Source of the DNA: Fimbriimonadaceae bacterium
GTDB taxonomy: Bacteria > Armatimonadota > Fimbriimonadia > Fimbriimonadales > Fimbriimonadaceae
Direction: 5' to 3'
NCBI GenBank assembly: GCA_037190145.1
Contig: JBBCJU010000003.1
Coordinates: 2,170-66,169, forward strand
Length of the DNA: 64,000 nucleotides
The translations under genes were made by a program, and so were the position numbers. The notes below the pieces were generated by a model. It had not been told where the DNA came from and searched no databases. It saw only the letters and a list, made by a program, of their open reading frames with translations. This document shows, in pieces, positions 1 to 8,707 of the stretch. Position 1 is the stretch's first letter. The number at the start of each line of letters is the position of its first letter.

Positions 1-109
1 TGAAACAGGCCCCCATTCCTTGGTCCAAGTTCCTCTGGCCAGAGCCTGGCTGTATAAGACCATGAAGCGCATCTGAAAGAGAATATGGAGTTCTGTAGGG
101 ACGCCCTCC

Positions 110-664
110 CTACAGCGCTAGGTCACCTTTAACGCCATACTCTCCGATTCGTCTTAGCTCATCCATGATTCGAGTACGCCCCCAATCGGATTCCCACCAG
201 TTGTCGGCTTTCATGTCCTGAGGCAGATTCGACGGTAGCATCAGAAAGCGGATGTGTTCTGGCCAGAAACGGCGTGCGGTCATCAGGGCCCTTCGCATGT
301 GGTACGGCTTACCGATAATCGCTACAGTACGCACAGACTCCCAACCCATCTCCGATTCAATAATGGGCGCTGATCGTTCAAAGTTATCTCGGGTGTGCCT
401 GGCTTCCCTTTCCATCAAAATGATCTTTTCAGGAACGTTGTTTTGGAGAGCATATTCACGGAATAAGTCAGCTTCTTTCTCTTGGTCTTCCTTTGGGCCG
501 TGTCCGGTAATGAGAATGCGAGGCGTCCAACCTCGGTGCCAAAGGTCAATGGCTCCATCCATTGTCTCGGCGTATCTGCTTCCCAAGACAACGCATAAGT
601 CCACCGGCGCAGGTTCATCGCGCAAGAAGAGGAAATCAGATATCGCCTGTTGAGTGGAGTGCAT
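110..664 (-). CDS. DUF218 (YdcF/ElyC/SanA-like) family protein
   Basis: 184-aa ORF. The blocks ILITGHG...EADLFREYA...IILMEREARHTRDN resemble DUF218-fold proteins. No competing long ORF. Confidence 0.55.
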   Translation of the reverse strand: MHSTQQAISDFLFLRDEPAPVDLCVVLGSRYAETMDGAIDLWHRGWTPRILITGHGPKEDQEKEADLFREYALQNNVPEKIILMEREARHTRDNFERSAPIIESEMGWESVRTVAIIGKPYHMRRALMTARRFWPEHIRFLMLPSNLPQDMKADNWWESDWGRTRIMDELRRIGEYGVKGDLAL

Positions 665-854
665 TGCCTATGCCTCCAAGAGTATCCGTTCTATGTCCCA
701 ATTGCCAGGCAGTTTAGCAATCAAGGCTCGCTTGTCATTTGCCGCTGGCAAAAGAACGCCCCATGGATAAGGAAAACTCTAACATTCCACTGTCCAAAGC
801 CCCAAAGGACGTGTCAAAAACTGAGGGCCAATCAGGTATTATCTCTTCTCGTTT

Positions 855-931
855 GCTCCGGTCGTCTAGTGGTCCAGGACATCGCCCTCTCACGGCGAAG
901 ATCGCGGGTTCGACTCCCGTCCGGAGTACCA
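855..931 (+). tRNA. tRNA-Glu (anticodon CUC), CCA encoded
   Basis: Folds by hand into a cloverleaf: acceptor GCTCCGG/CCGGAGT (G1-U72 wobble), D arm GTCT-AGTGGTCCA-GGAC, anticodon arm TCGCC-CTCTCAC-GGCGA, T arm GCGGG-TTCGACT-CCCGT. Close to canonical bacterial tRNA-Glu. Confidence 0.85.
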
Positions 932-1064
932 CCACTTCTTCAGAGGCCGTTTCAGGCCATTCCCGTTTCTCTAAGCCCTTCTATTTCGGTTTTAGTTATT
1001 CTGGGAGGTGCTCACCAATCTGAATTTAGCCACTAAAGTCTCTTAATGCAAGTAAAATCCGAGA

Positions 1065-2243
1065 ATGCGTCGCGTGGCTCCAAATGACCTATATACTGCC
1101 AGCCTCTTTGACGAATTGGCGTCAGACGAAGAGTTGGAGGCCAAAACCGCTGGAAACCGCCAGCCGGAAGTCGCGGAAGATGAAGCAACTCGTGAGCAAG
1201 GCGAACAACAGATTCGTGAACGACAAAAAGTCGTTGACTACAATATCAAAGATTATCCCATCGAGGTTATCGTTTCTAAGTTTAGCGAAGGGCAAGATAG
1301 TGACGAGAACGAATTCTTCATCCCCTACTACCAACGGGAATTTACATGGGACGTAAGACGCCAGAGCCGTTTTATTGAATCTATCTTGCTTGGATTACCA
1401 ATCCCACCTTTGTTTTTAGCTGGCATTGAGAAGGAGATTAAAGAGGATGAAGGCAGACTTGAGATTGTAGATGGCTCTCAAAGGATCAGAACTCTTGAAC
1501 GGTACTTAAGAAACCAACTCGTACTCAGGAATCTTGAAAAGCTTGATCGGTTAAATGGTTTTTCCTTCTTTGACTTAGAGTTATCCCGACAGAGAAAATT
1601 CAAACGGCATCTGATTCGAGTTATTGAACTTAGCGACAAAGCGGATGAAGACACCAGGCGAGATTTGTTTGCCAGAATCAATACAGGCAGTGATGTCCTA
1701 AAACCAATTGAAATAAGAATGGGAGCCCAGTCTGGTCCGTTCTTCGATTTCCTTGATAGGATGGCAAATGATAATCTGTTTGACAAGCTAGTTCCTGTTG
1801 GTCCGCAAAAAAGAACAAGAAAAGAAGCGCAGGAGCTTTTACTTCGCTTCTTCGCATATACGGAAAATTATCTGGAATTCAAGAAGCGTGTAGATGATTT
1901 TCTGACCGACTATATTGAGAAGAAAAAGAACGTTGAAGATAATGCGAACGACGAAGAACTACTTAAAAGTGTTCTCCGATTTGTAGAGCGAGTATTTCCA
2001 CATGGCTTTAGGAAAGGTGCAAAGTTTAGGACTGTTCCTAGGGTTCGCTTTGAGGCAATCGCAGTAGGCACTGCTCTTGCCCTAACAGAACGCCCTGATC
2101 TTTCTGGTAAAGAAATTGACGTATCTGGGTGGATTGATGGTGATGAATTCAAGCTTTTAACTACAGCTGACGGGAGTAACTCTGCGCCTCGGCTCAGGGC
2201 AAGAATTGAGTTTGTTCGCAACAAGCTACTTGGAACGGTATGA
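1065..2243 (+). CDS. DUF262 (ParB-like nuclease/NTPase superfamily) protein with acidic N-terminal extension
   Basis: Has FFIPYYQREFTW and EIVDGSQRIRTL, which match the QR...W and DGQQR signature blocks of DUF262. No DUF1524 or His-Me nuclease tail recognised. Stop overlaps the next start (ATGA). Confidence 0.75.
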   Translation: MRRVAPNDLYTASLFDELASDEELEAKTAGNRQPEVAEDEATREQGEQQIRERQKVVDYNIKDYPIEVIVSKFSEGQDSDENEFFIPYYQREFTWDVRRQSRFIESILLGLPIPPLFLAGIEKEIKEDEGRLEIVDGSQRIRTLERYLRNQLVLRNLEKLDRLNGFSFFDLELSRQRKFKRHLIRVIELSDKADEDTRRDLFARINTGSDVLKPIEIRMGAQSGPFFDFLDRMANDNLFDKLVPVGPQKRTRKEAQELLLRFFAYTENYLEFKKRVDDFLTDYIEKKKNVEDNANDEELLKSVLRFVERVFPHGFRKGAKFRTVPRVRFEAIAVGTALALTERPDLSGKEIDVSGWIDGDEFKLLTTADGSNSAPRLRARIEFVRNKLLGTV

Positions 2244-2887
2244 TTTCTTTGCGCGCCGACTTCGATGCCCGTGTAGCCGAAATCAGTTCATTCATTGCAC
2301 TGGTTAAGAAGCAAGATTCGGCAATTGCACCGAGTGACCCCAATATAGAAGGGTACAAGGCTATGAAGGCTGCTACTCATCTGCTAATGTACAATCTCGT
2401 TGAATCTACAGCCACGAGTATCCATGAGCTGATTTTTGATGCGGTGTCATCATCAAAGACTACGTTTGACGACCTGATTCATCCACTGCGTAAGACCGTT
2501 TTGAGAAATGCCCAGAAGCCCAGCGTAGATAAGCTCGTTGAAAAACTGAAAATCTTGTCGATTGATTTAATTGATGCTACATTTGATCGTGAAGGAATCT
2601 TTTCTGGCAATGTAGATGCTAAGAAGCTTCGAGAGAGCTTTTTATCTCTTGGTCTTAAAGAGCCCAAGGCCACTGGGAAAAAAGCTAAGGAAGGATCAGA
2701 TTCTTTACTCAGAGTTAAAAGCAACAGGAATGACTTGGCTCATGGCAGAAAAACATTTGCGGAGATTGGACGTAATATGACACCCAACGAGCTGGAGAAA
2801 GAATTAGACTGCATCAAATCTTTTCTAGATCAATGTATCAAGATCGCAGAGGATTTCGTTTCGACCTCAGGATTTCGCACTTCATAG
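2240..2887 (+). CDS. HEPN-like protein (Rx4H motif), probable RNase effector
   Basis: 215 aa and mostly helical-looking. A single RNDLAH motif (R163-x4-H168, nt 2726-2743) lies in the C-terminal third, as in HEPN nucleases. Translationally coupled to the DUF262 gene. Confidence 0.55.
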   Translation: MISLRADFDARVAEISSFIALVKKQDSAIAPSDPNIEGYKAMKAATHLLMYNLVESTATSIHELIFDAVSSSKTTFDDLIHPLRKTVLRNAQKPSVDKLVEKLKILSIDLIDATFDREGIFSGNVDAKKLRESFLSLGLKEPKATGKKAKEGSDSLLRVKSNRNDLAHGRKTFAEIGRNMTPNELEKELDCIKSFLDQCIKIAEDFVSTSGFRTS

Positions 2888-3906
2888 CCTGATAGATGGC
2901 TCAAGATTGAATTGCCAATTGACTTCGCAAGAGAAACCGGCACTGCGTTTCCAATCAAACGCGCAAGCACTCTTGGTCGAACTTGCCCTTTCTCCTCCAC
3001 AAACTTGTACGATGAAGGAAATGATTGAATCAGCGATGCCTCTCTGATCGATAACCCACGATTTTGTTCAGGATGAATAAACCGTCCATTTCCAACTCCG
3101 AGGCAGTGAGTTGTGAGGGTCGGTGCAGGCTCATCATAAAGCATACGTCCGTATACGCTCCTATACGTTTTACCAGATGCTTTACGATGACAGGCAAGAT
3201 GAAGTTCTTCTGGCCAATCCTTCCATGACCCCCCAGGTTTAGACGCGGCAACTCGCATCAAATTTAGTGGCGACAGTTTACTGGCATAGTGGAGAGGATC
3301 AGTCTGTGAAGCAGTTCCATTTTCAATAGGTTCCAAATGAGAAATGGCCTCTCTAACGCTTACAGACTTTCCTTGAGTTCGGTGAAGTTCAAGCGGTCCG
3401 TACTGAGATGCCAATAATACCAATCTATTCCTATTCTGAGGAACGCCAAAAGCCGCACAATTTACTACATCGTACCAAACATGATATTGCTTTCTTTTCA
3501 AGAACGAAACTAGCCTAATGAAAGCTTCTGAGTTACAGGCACGGGGAACATTTTCCATCGAAACTACCTCCGGCAACGTTTCCCTAACCAGTCTCTTATA
3601 TTCTGAGATTAGGCTCCAACGCTTATCATCAGGGTCAGCTTTCTTTTTTCCCATGGAATAGGTTGAAAATGTTTGGCAGGGAGCGCATCCAACAAGAATG
3701 CGAATCCCATGGTCCCAATGACTATTAAGTATTTCCCCAGACAAATCGAAGATGTCCTGTTGAATAAATATTGCGTTATTATTTTCTTCAAATGGGAAGC
3801 GACAGGCAGGATCAATATCAAATCCTGCCTTTACCTTAATGCCAGCACTTTCAAGCCCGTGAGTAAGGCCGCCAGCACCACAAAACAGGTCAATTGCAGA
3901 TGCCAC
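2830..3906 (-). CDS. dcm: DNA (cytosine-5)-methyltransferase
   Basis: All canonical C5-MTase motifs are present: DLFCGAGGL (I), GCAPCQTFS (IV, catalytic Cys), MENVP (VI), QNRNR (VIII), SIREASLIQSFP (IX), GNAVP (X). Confidence 0.9.
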   Translation of the reverse strand: MASAIDLFCGAGGLTHGLESAGIKVKAGFDIDPACRFPFEENNNAIFIQQDIFDLSGEILNSHWDHGIRILVGCAPCQTFSTYSMGKKKADPDDKRWSLISEYKRLVRETLPEVVSMENVPRACNSEAFIRLVSFLKRKQYHVWYDVVNCAAFGVPQNRNRLVLLASQYGPLELHRTQGKSVSVREAISHLEPIENGTASQTDPLHYASKLSPLNLMRVAASKPGGSWKDWPEELHLACHRKASGKTYRSVYGRMLYDEPAPTLTTHCLGVGNGRFIHPEQNRGLSIREASLIQSFPSSYKFVEEKGQVRPRVLARLIGNAVPVSLAKSIGNSILSHLSGYEVRNPEVETKSSAILIH

Positions 3907-4324
3907 CAGCTAAGGGTACCTTGAGGCATTGGAGGAATTGCGGGTGATAAAGATAACCTATTACCTCAGAAGCAGGCTTTACCCAGCAAGCTTGCTCATG
4001 GTTGCAAGCTGAGTAGGGAACTCGTCGTTCAACTTCTTATCCACACGGAAGAATAAGCCCTGCTGCAAGCACGTGCCATCGTCGTCCATCAGCTTGAGAA
4101 CTTGGTTAGAGAGCTTACACAGCCAGTATCTGCATTTTCATGCGCAAATAGTGGGCACTTCCTTGGCTTAGTTCTAGGGGGCAAGTCGGTGCAACGGATT
4201 GAAGTAGTCTTGCCATTCGAAAAGTCGGTTACCGAAGAGGAGGACCTTTAAAGTTTCATATTGGGAATATACAAAAGATATCACCTAAGGCACCTCAGCA
4301 CATCAATACCCACGGCGGGAATAC

Positions 4325-4358
4325 TTTTAAAAGGACCACGCAGCAGGCTGGCGTGGTC
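4325..4358 (-). terminator. Candidate intrinsic terminator of the PEP-CTERM gene
   Basis: 8-bp stem GACCACGC/GCGTGGTC (4334-4341 / 4351-4358) with a 9-nt loop. On the minus strand it is followed by C-TTTT, about 10 nt after the stop codon. Confidence 0.45.
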
Positions 4359-4367
4359 AGCAAGATC

Positions 4368-5081
4368 TTAGGCTTTCTTCCGACGACGTCTTGCGAGTAG
4401 GGCAAGGCCAGCGGCTACGCCAACAAGCGTAGCGGGTTCAGGAACAGCTTGTACATTCACTTCCGTAAGCACGAAGTTGCCATTTGTGCTGTACATGCCG
4501 GGACCATTAGTTGGCAAACTAGGGTCATCTAGTACTTCAAGTCGAAGACCTGTTACATTGGAAAGGCCGAGGTTTAGGTTAACCGTGTACTTGCCCAAAA
4601 CGGGTGTACCCGACATCAAAACACTTCCATCACCAAGAATTGAGGAACTCATACTTACGGGTTGGGCGACACTAACCGGAGTAAGGACTGTCCAGTTAGC
4701 GGTTACATCTCCACCGGACTGCAAGCCATCAGCAAAGTTCGATCGATCATCCGTTGTGGCTGACCATCGAAAACGCCCTACGTTATGCCCAACAAAGGTT
4801 TGAAAGTTATGAAACATATCAATGGACAACATTGGGGAATTCAAGTCGGCCACTGTCTCGAATACTGCGGTCTGAGGACTCGTGCTATTCGTTGTTGAAT
4901 CGAAAACAGCCCACCCATTACGATTAGAATAATCCCCATCGATCATTTGTGAAGCAAGCCATGGCCCGTCAAAGGCCTGGCTAAATGTTGCCGTTGCATT
5001 TTGTAGTGCAACTTGTCCCAAGGCAAATGTTGGAATGATCCCTAACGTGATGCCTATGGATCGTGAAAATGTGATTGCCAT
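4368..5081 (-). CDS. Secreted PEP-CTERM sorting-domain protein
   Basis: N-terminal signal-like segment. C-terminus VPEPATLVGVAAGLALLARRRRKKA is the PEP motif, a TM helix and a basic tail. Confidence 0.8.
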   Translation of the reverse strand: MAITFSRSIGITLGIIPTFALGQVALQNATATFSQAFDGPWLASQMIDGDYSNRNGWAVFDSTTNSTSPQTAVFETVADLNSPMLSIDMFHNFQTFVGHNVGRFRWSATTDDRSNFADGLQSGGDVTANWTVLTPVSVAQPVSMSSSILGDGSVLMSGTPVLGKYTVNLNLGLSNVTGLRLEVLDDPSLPTNGPGMYSTNGNFVLTEVNVQAVPEPATLVGVAAGLALLARRRRKKA

Positions 5082-5276
5082 TTATAACTTCCTCAATACT
5101 GTTGCCTCCATGCTACCTGGAGCGCAAAAAAACGTTCAAATTTGTTAACACCAAACCTAGTGATGTTTACAGGTTTGCAATTTCAAGCATAACATTCTTG
5201 GTGTCAACAATCGCCGGAGATATCGCGGTTCAAACAAAGGGCAAAACCCTTGGTCAGGAAGCTATTGCAAGGTGTG

Positions 5277-5987
5277 TTAGCACCTAGCCGACTTGCGCTT
5301 TTTGCCCACCCGTCCCATCGAATCAACCTTTCGAATATAGTCAGGAGAGAAAGGTACTTTACAAGCCGTCTTACCCATGTCCACTTTCACAAGCCCGATC
5401 TCTTCACCAGCCTCGATTGCTTCCTCTTTGAGTTCGCGAACATAGCTCCCAAGACAGATAATGAAACCATTCATCTTGTAACGCACTCGATCAGGCTGAG
5501 TATGAATTGTCTTTCTCACACGGTCTAATAGGCGTCGGAGAGAAGGAATATCCAGTTGATCATCACCCTTCACAGATACCCAGCTAGACAGCGTCCCCCA
5601 TCCTACGATAGCCTCTTTTTCACTTTCAGACTCGATCCACTCTAGTCCTAGCTCCCAGCCGTGTGGTCCATCCGCGGCAACCCAGGCAACAGCAAACTCG
5701 GCCACGGTATCACTGGTTGCTTTTTCAAGCCAGGCACGCAAATCTTCCTTCGACATCCGAGACTCATCTGCGATGAGACCAGCTAAATAGAGCGCGTCAT
5801 AGACTCCAGTGTCATAGAGATCAAGGGCAAGTTGATAGTCTTTCTTTATCCTTTTCTCATACTTCTTTAGCTCCTCAATCTTCACTCCGTAAAGCGGTCC
5901 GGTAACACCGTGGTTGCGCAAAATACGGCGGTAAACTTCTGTTCCGAGAGGTTCAATTTCGGTGAGAATCTGTTGGGCGGTCATCAT
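5277..5987 (-). CDS. DNA alkylation repair (AlkD-like HEAT repeat) family protein
   Basis: 236 aa. Helical-repeat pattern (YRRILRNHGV...YGVKIEELKK...LALDLYDTGVYDALYLAG) resembles the DNA_alkylation family. Confidence 0.5.
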   Translation of the reverse strand: MMTAQQILTEIEPLGTEVYRRILRNHGVTGPLYGVKIEELKKYEKRIKKDYQLALDLYDTGVYDALYLAGLIADESRMSKEDLRAWLEKATSDTVAEFAVAWVAADGPHGWELGLEWIESESEKEAIVGWGTLSSWVSVKGDDQLDIPSLRRLLDRVRKTIHTQPDRVRYKMNGFIICLGSYVRELKEEAIEAGEEIGLVKVDMGKTACKVPFSPDYIRKVDSMGRVGKKRKSARC

Positions 5988-6059
5988 TGCTAACTACAGA
6001 ATTCTACTAAACCTAACCAAGAACCGCCAACAATTGCGTCTTATCAAAACAGACCGACA

Positions 6060-6575
6060 ATGATGTCGACTAAAATCCTGAATGTGGAGCCATCTGACAT
6101 GAAGCCTAAGAACACGATCTGCCTTTGGTATGACAAAGACGCACTAGAAGCCGCCCAGTTCTACGCGGAGACCTTTCCTGACAGCGAAATCACCGCTACT
6201 TTCGAGGCCCCGAGCGACTTCCCGGGTGGGCAAAAGGGTGACGTCCTAACCGTAGATTTCACCGTTCTTGGCATCCCTTGTATTGGCCTTAATGGGGGGC
6301 CAAGCTTTAAGCATTCCGAAGCCTTTTCGTTTCAGATAGCTACCGATAACCAAGAAGAGACTGACCGGTATTGGAACGCCATTGTGAGCAACGGCGGACA
6401 AGAAAGCGAGTGTGGTTGGTGCAAAGATAAATGGGGCATCTCTTGGCAGATCACCCCAAGAACCCTTACCGAAGCCATGACTGCAGGTGGTGATGAAGCT
6501 GCTCGTGCATTTCAAGCAATGATGACGATGAAAAAGGTTGATGTTGCCGCGATTGACGCAGCTAGGAAAGGCTAA
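6060..6575 (+). CDS. VOC-superfamily protein (PhnB-like / 3-demethylubiquinone-9 3-methyltransferase domain)
   Basis: ICLWYDKDALEAAQFYAETFPDSEI at the N-terminus and CGWCKDKWGISWQI later are characteristic of this domain family. Confidence 0.65.
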   Translation: MMSTKILNVEPSDMKPKNTICLWYDKDALEAAQFYAETFPDSEITATFEAPSDFPGGQKGDVLTVDFTVLGIPCIGLNGGPSFKHSEAFSFQIATDNQEETDRYWNAIVSNGGQESECGWCKDKWGISWQITPRTLTEAMTAGGDEAARAFQAMMTMKKVDVAAIDAARKG

Positions 6576-6680
6576 CGGCTCTGAGAAAGCTTGAGTGTCG
6601 ATCCAAGATAGTTCGATGATACTTTCTTGGATCAAGCTCTTGGTAGCTGCAATCGCATCGGTAGGGGTATTTCACCACTA

Positions 6681-7211
6681 CTAAAGAGAATCCTTCTTCT
6701 CCGTAAAATATATCTCTTGATCATTCCAGCACGTCTGCAAATAGTCAATCTGCCCCGTGTGAGAGTATGCGTGAATGCCCGGTAACTTCATTAAAAATGA
6801 AATCGGCATACTCCAACCAAACGAGGAATCCAATACAAGGTCCATATCCTCAGATGTTAAAGCGTCCAATGCAGCAATGATGTCTTCCGTATTTGCTTTG
6901 AGAAGACTCACGACTTCGTCTCGACTGCTCAATGACTTTGTGGCTGCCTCCATCTCCGCAACAATGATCGGGATCTCGGCTCCCGCAGGAAGTTGGCGAG
7001 CACGTAACATCTTCGCAAAATGCCCCGCATTCACGGCAACATGAGCAGCTATTCTTAGGGCTGACTTTGCGGTTGGCGCGGGTGTCCAATCCAGTTTTTC
7101 ATCCGGAACATGGGAAAAAGATCGGAGAAACCATTCCATCCCAGATATCGCACTTTCTTTACTATCCTTAATCAGATCGTTCACTTGATGACCTCTAGTT
7201 AACGATAGCAA
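6681..7211 (-). CDS. DinB-family (DinB_2) four-helix-bundle protein
   Basis: 176 aa with spaced His residues (AAHVAVNAGHFAKML ... HAYSHTGQIDYL) typical of DinB-like metal-binding bundles. Confidence 0.6.
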   Translation of the reverse strand: MLSLTRGHQVNDLIKDSKESAISGMEWFLRSFSHVPDEKLDWTPAPTAKSALRIAAHVAVNAGHFAKMLRARQLPAGAEIPIIVAEMEAATKSLSSRDEVVSLLKANTEDIIAALDALTSEDMDLVLDSSFGWSMPISFLMKLPGIHAYSHTGQIDYLQTCWNDQEIYFTEKKDSL

Positions 7212-7302
7212 GTGTATACACGTCTCAGATTTACCGCAAGGTGATGTGACTCATCTTTCAACCGGAGAATATTCCGGACAGCCCAGCCGATAAAACGATT
7301 AA

Positions 7303-7812
7303 TCACGCTAACTGACTTGTGCAGAAGGCACACCGAGTTGCTTCTTCGGGAACTTCAGTTAGGCAGTAAGGACAAGGATGCTTTTTCACGGGCTCCGCTG
7401 GCTTCTCGCCGAACTTTTCGCGTAAGCGATTGATTCCTCTTACCATCATGAAAACCGCAAACGCGACAATCAGGAATTGAATGACGTTGTTTATGAAGTT
7501 GCCATAAGCAAACGTTCCGACTCCCGCCGCCTTATAGTCCGCCAGAGAATTGAGAGACTTCCCTGCTTGGCGAGCTTGGATAATCGTTTGGTCTTGTCCG
7601 GGAATCACCAAGAAAAGCTCCGCGTAGTTCACCTTCCCCAAAATCGCACCAAGAGGTCCCATCACTAAGTCTTCAACAATCGAATTCACAATCTTGGTAA
7701 AAGCAGCGCCAATGATCACACCAACAGTAAGGTCGATCACATTCCCTTTGATAGAGAATTCACGAAACTCCTGAAGAAAACTCTTCTTAGGAGGATTATC
7801 GGGCTGGGACAT
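7303..7812 (-). CDS. mscL: Large-conductance mechanosensitive channel with C-terminal zinc-ribbon extension
   Basis: FREFSIKGNVIDLTVGVIIGAAFTKIVNSIVEDLVMGPLG is the conserved MscL TM1 region. The extra C-terminus carries CPYC-x12-CAFC. Confidence 0.85.
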   Translation of the reverse strand: MSQPDNPPKKSFLQEFREFSIKGNVIDLTVGVIIGAAFTKIVNSIVEDLVMGPLGAILGKVNYAELFLVIPGQDQTIIQARQAGKSLNSLADYKAAGVGTFAYGNFINNVIQFLIVAFAVFMMVRGINRLREKFGEKPAEPVKKHPCPYCLTEVPEEATRCAFCTSQLA

Positions 7813-8044
7813 TCAAAAAGTTGTACCGCAAGGAGCACTTGCAAATTAGACGCCATAAAACCCCAGGCTTAACTTTCTAAGATCTGAGTCAGACTGCAAG
7901 GCAGTTTGTCTTAGAGAAAGCCGGTTTGGATGTATAAGTGATTGATGTCGATATTCGTGAAGAAACTGTCGCAATGCTTGACATCCGGGGTCAGGTTATA
8001 GCGCATGAATCTGGGAAGCTGGTAGACATTGAGAAACTCGCTGA

Positions 8045-8707
8045 CTAGCGTTCAAACCAGTTGGTCAGAGACTCTTCCAGGAGCCGTCCTAAGTTGAATG
8101 AATTCCATTCCGGCCCAATGTAGGAACTTGCGTCCAAGAAAATACTAGATGGATCAACCAGAGGTTTTCCTATTGGAATACTGGCTTGCAGCAAAACAGC
8201 ATCTCTCTTTCGCCGCATAGCGCACCCGCAAAGTTTCTCTCCGGTTATTCGGTTCACAATATCCAATTCCGAAGTTCCCGCAAAGCAGTCAGGCAGATCT
8301 GAACGGACCTTTGTCCACGCCGTATCAACAGCCAGAGCAACATCCAAGCCACAACCTCTCAGAGCCTCCAGGACCGGCTTCGTTGAGATTCGATAAACAC
8401 TTCGAATTCCCAGCCGCTCCGTGGAAGCTTTAGCAATAACATTGGCGATTGGAATCGCCAATCCGATCGTTGCATCATGGCCATGAAGTACTCCTTGCCC
8501 TCCGGTAGGTCGCTTCACAGAAGGCACTGTATTGTTGGGAAGTAGGTCACGCTCGGCTGTTTGCGACCTTCCTAAGGTCACCCATGGGCCATCCCATGAG
8601 TAAACCCTCGCTCCTAAAACTCCTTGCTCAGCATTTGCCAAAAGGAGAGAATCCCGTTCCATATTGGTAAATCCGTCAAGGGAGGACTCTTCGAGAACCT
8701 GAATCAC
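8045..8707 (-). CDS. Lipoate/octanoate-protein ligase family protein (BPL_LplA_LipB catalytic domain)
   Basis: VKRPTGGQGVLHGHD matches the R-x-S/T-GGGAV-x-HD block, and EKLCGCAMRR matches the catalytic-Lys block. Start overlaps the alr stop by 4 nt. The operon also contains gcvH. Confidence 0.6.
   Translation of the reverse strand: MIQVLEESSLDGFTNMERDSLLLANAEQGVLGARVYSWDGPWVTLGRSQTAERDLLPNNTVPSVKRPTGGQGVLHGHDATIGLAIPIANVIAKASTERLGIRSVYRISTKPVLEALRGCGLDVALAVDTAWTKVRSDLPDCFAGTSELDIVNRITGEKLCGCAMRRKRDAVLLQASIPIGKPLVDPSSIFLDASSYIGPEWNSFNLGRLLEESLTNWFER

Noticed and set aside
93-115. 9-bp hairpin CTGTAGGGA-N5-TCCCTACAG overlapping the stop codon of the DUF218 gene.
   Set aside because: No U-tract follows on the minus strand, so I cannot support it as a terminator. 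It may simply be a stabilising 3' stem-loop.
3979-4089. 36-aa minus-strand ORF (MDDDGTCLQQGLFFRVDKKLNDEFPTQLATMSKLAG) upstream of the methyltransferase, considered as a possible controller protein or Vsr remnant.
   Set aside because: It is too short, has no HTH pattern, shows no similarity to Vsr as I remember it, and has no obvious SD.
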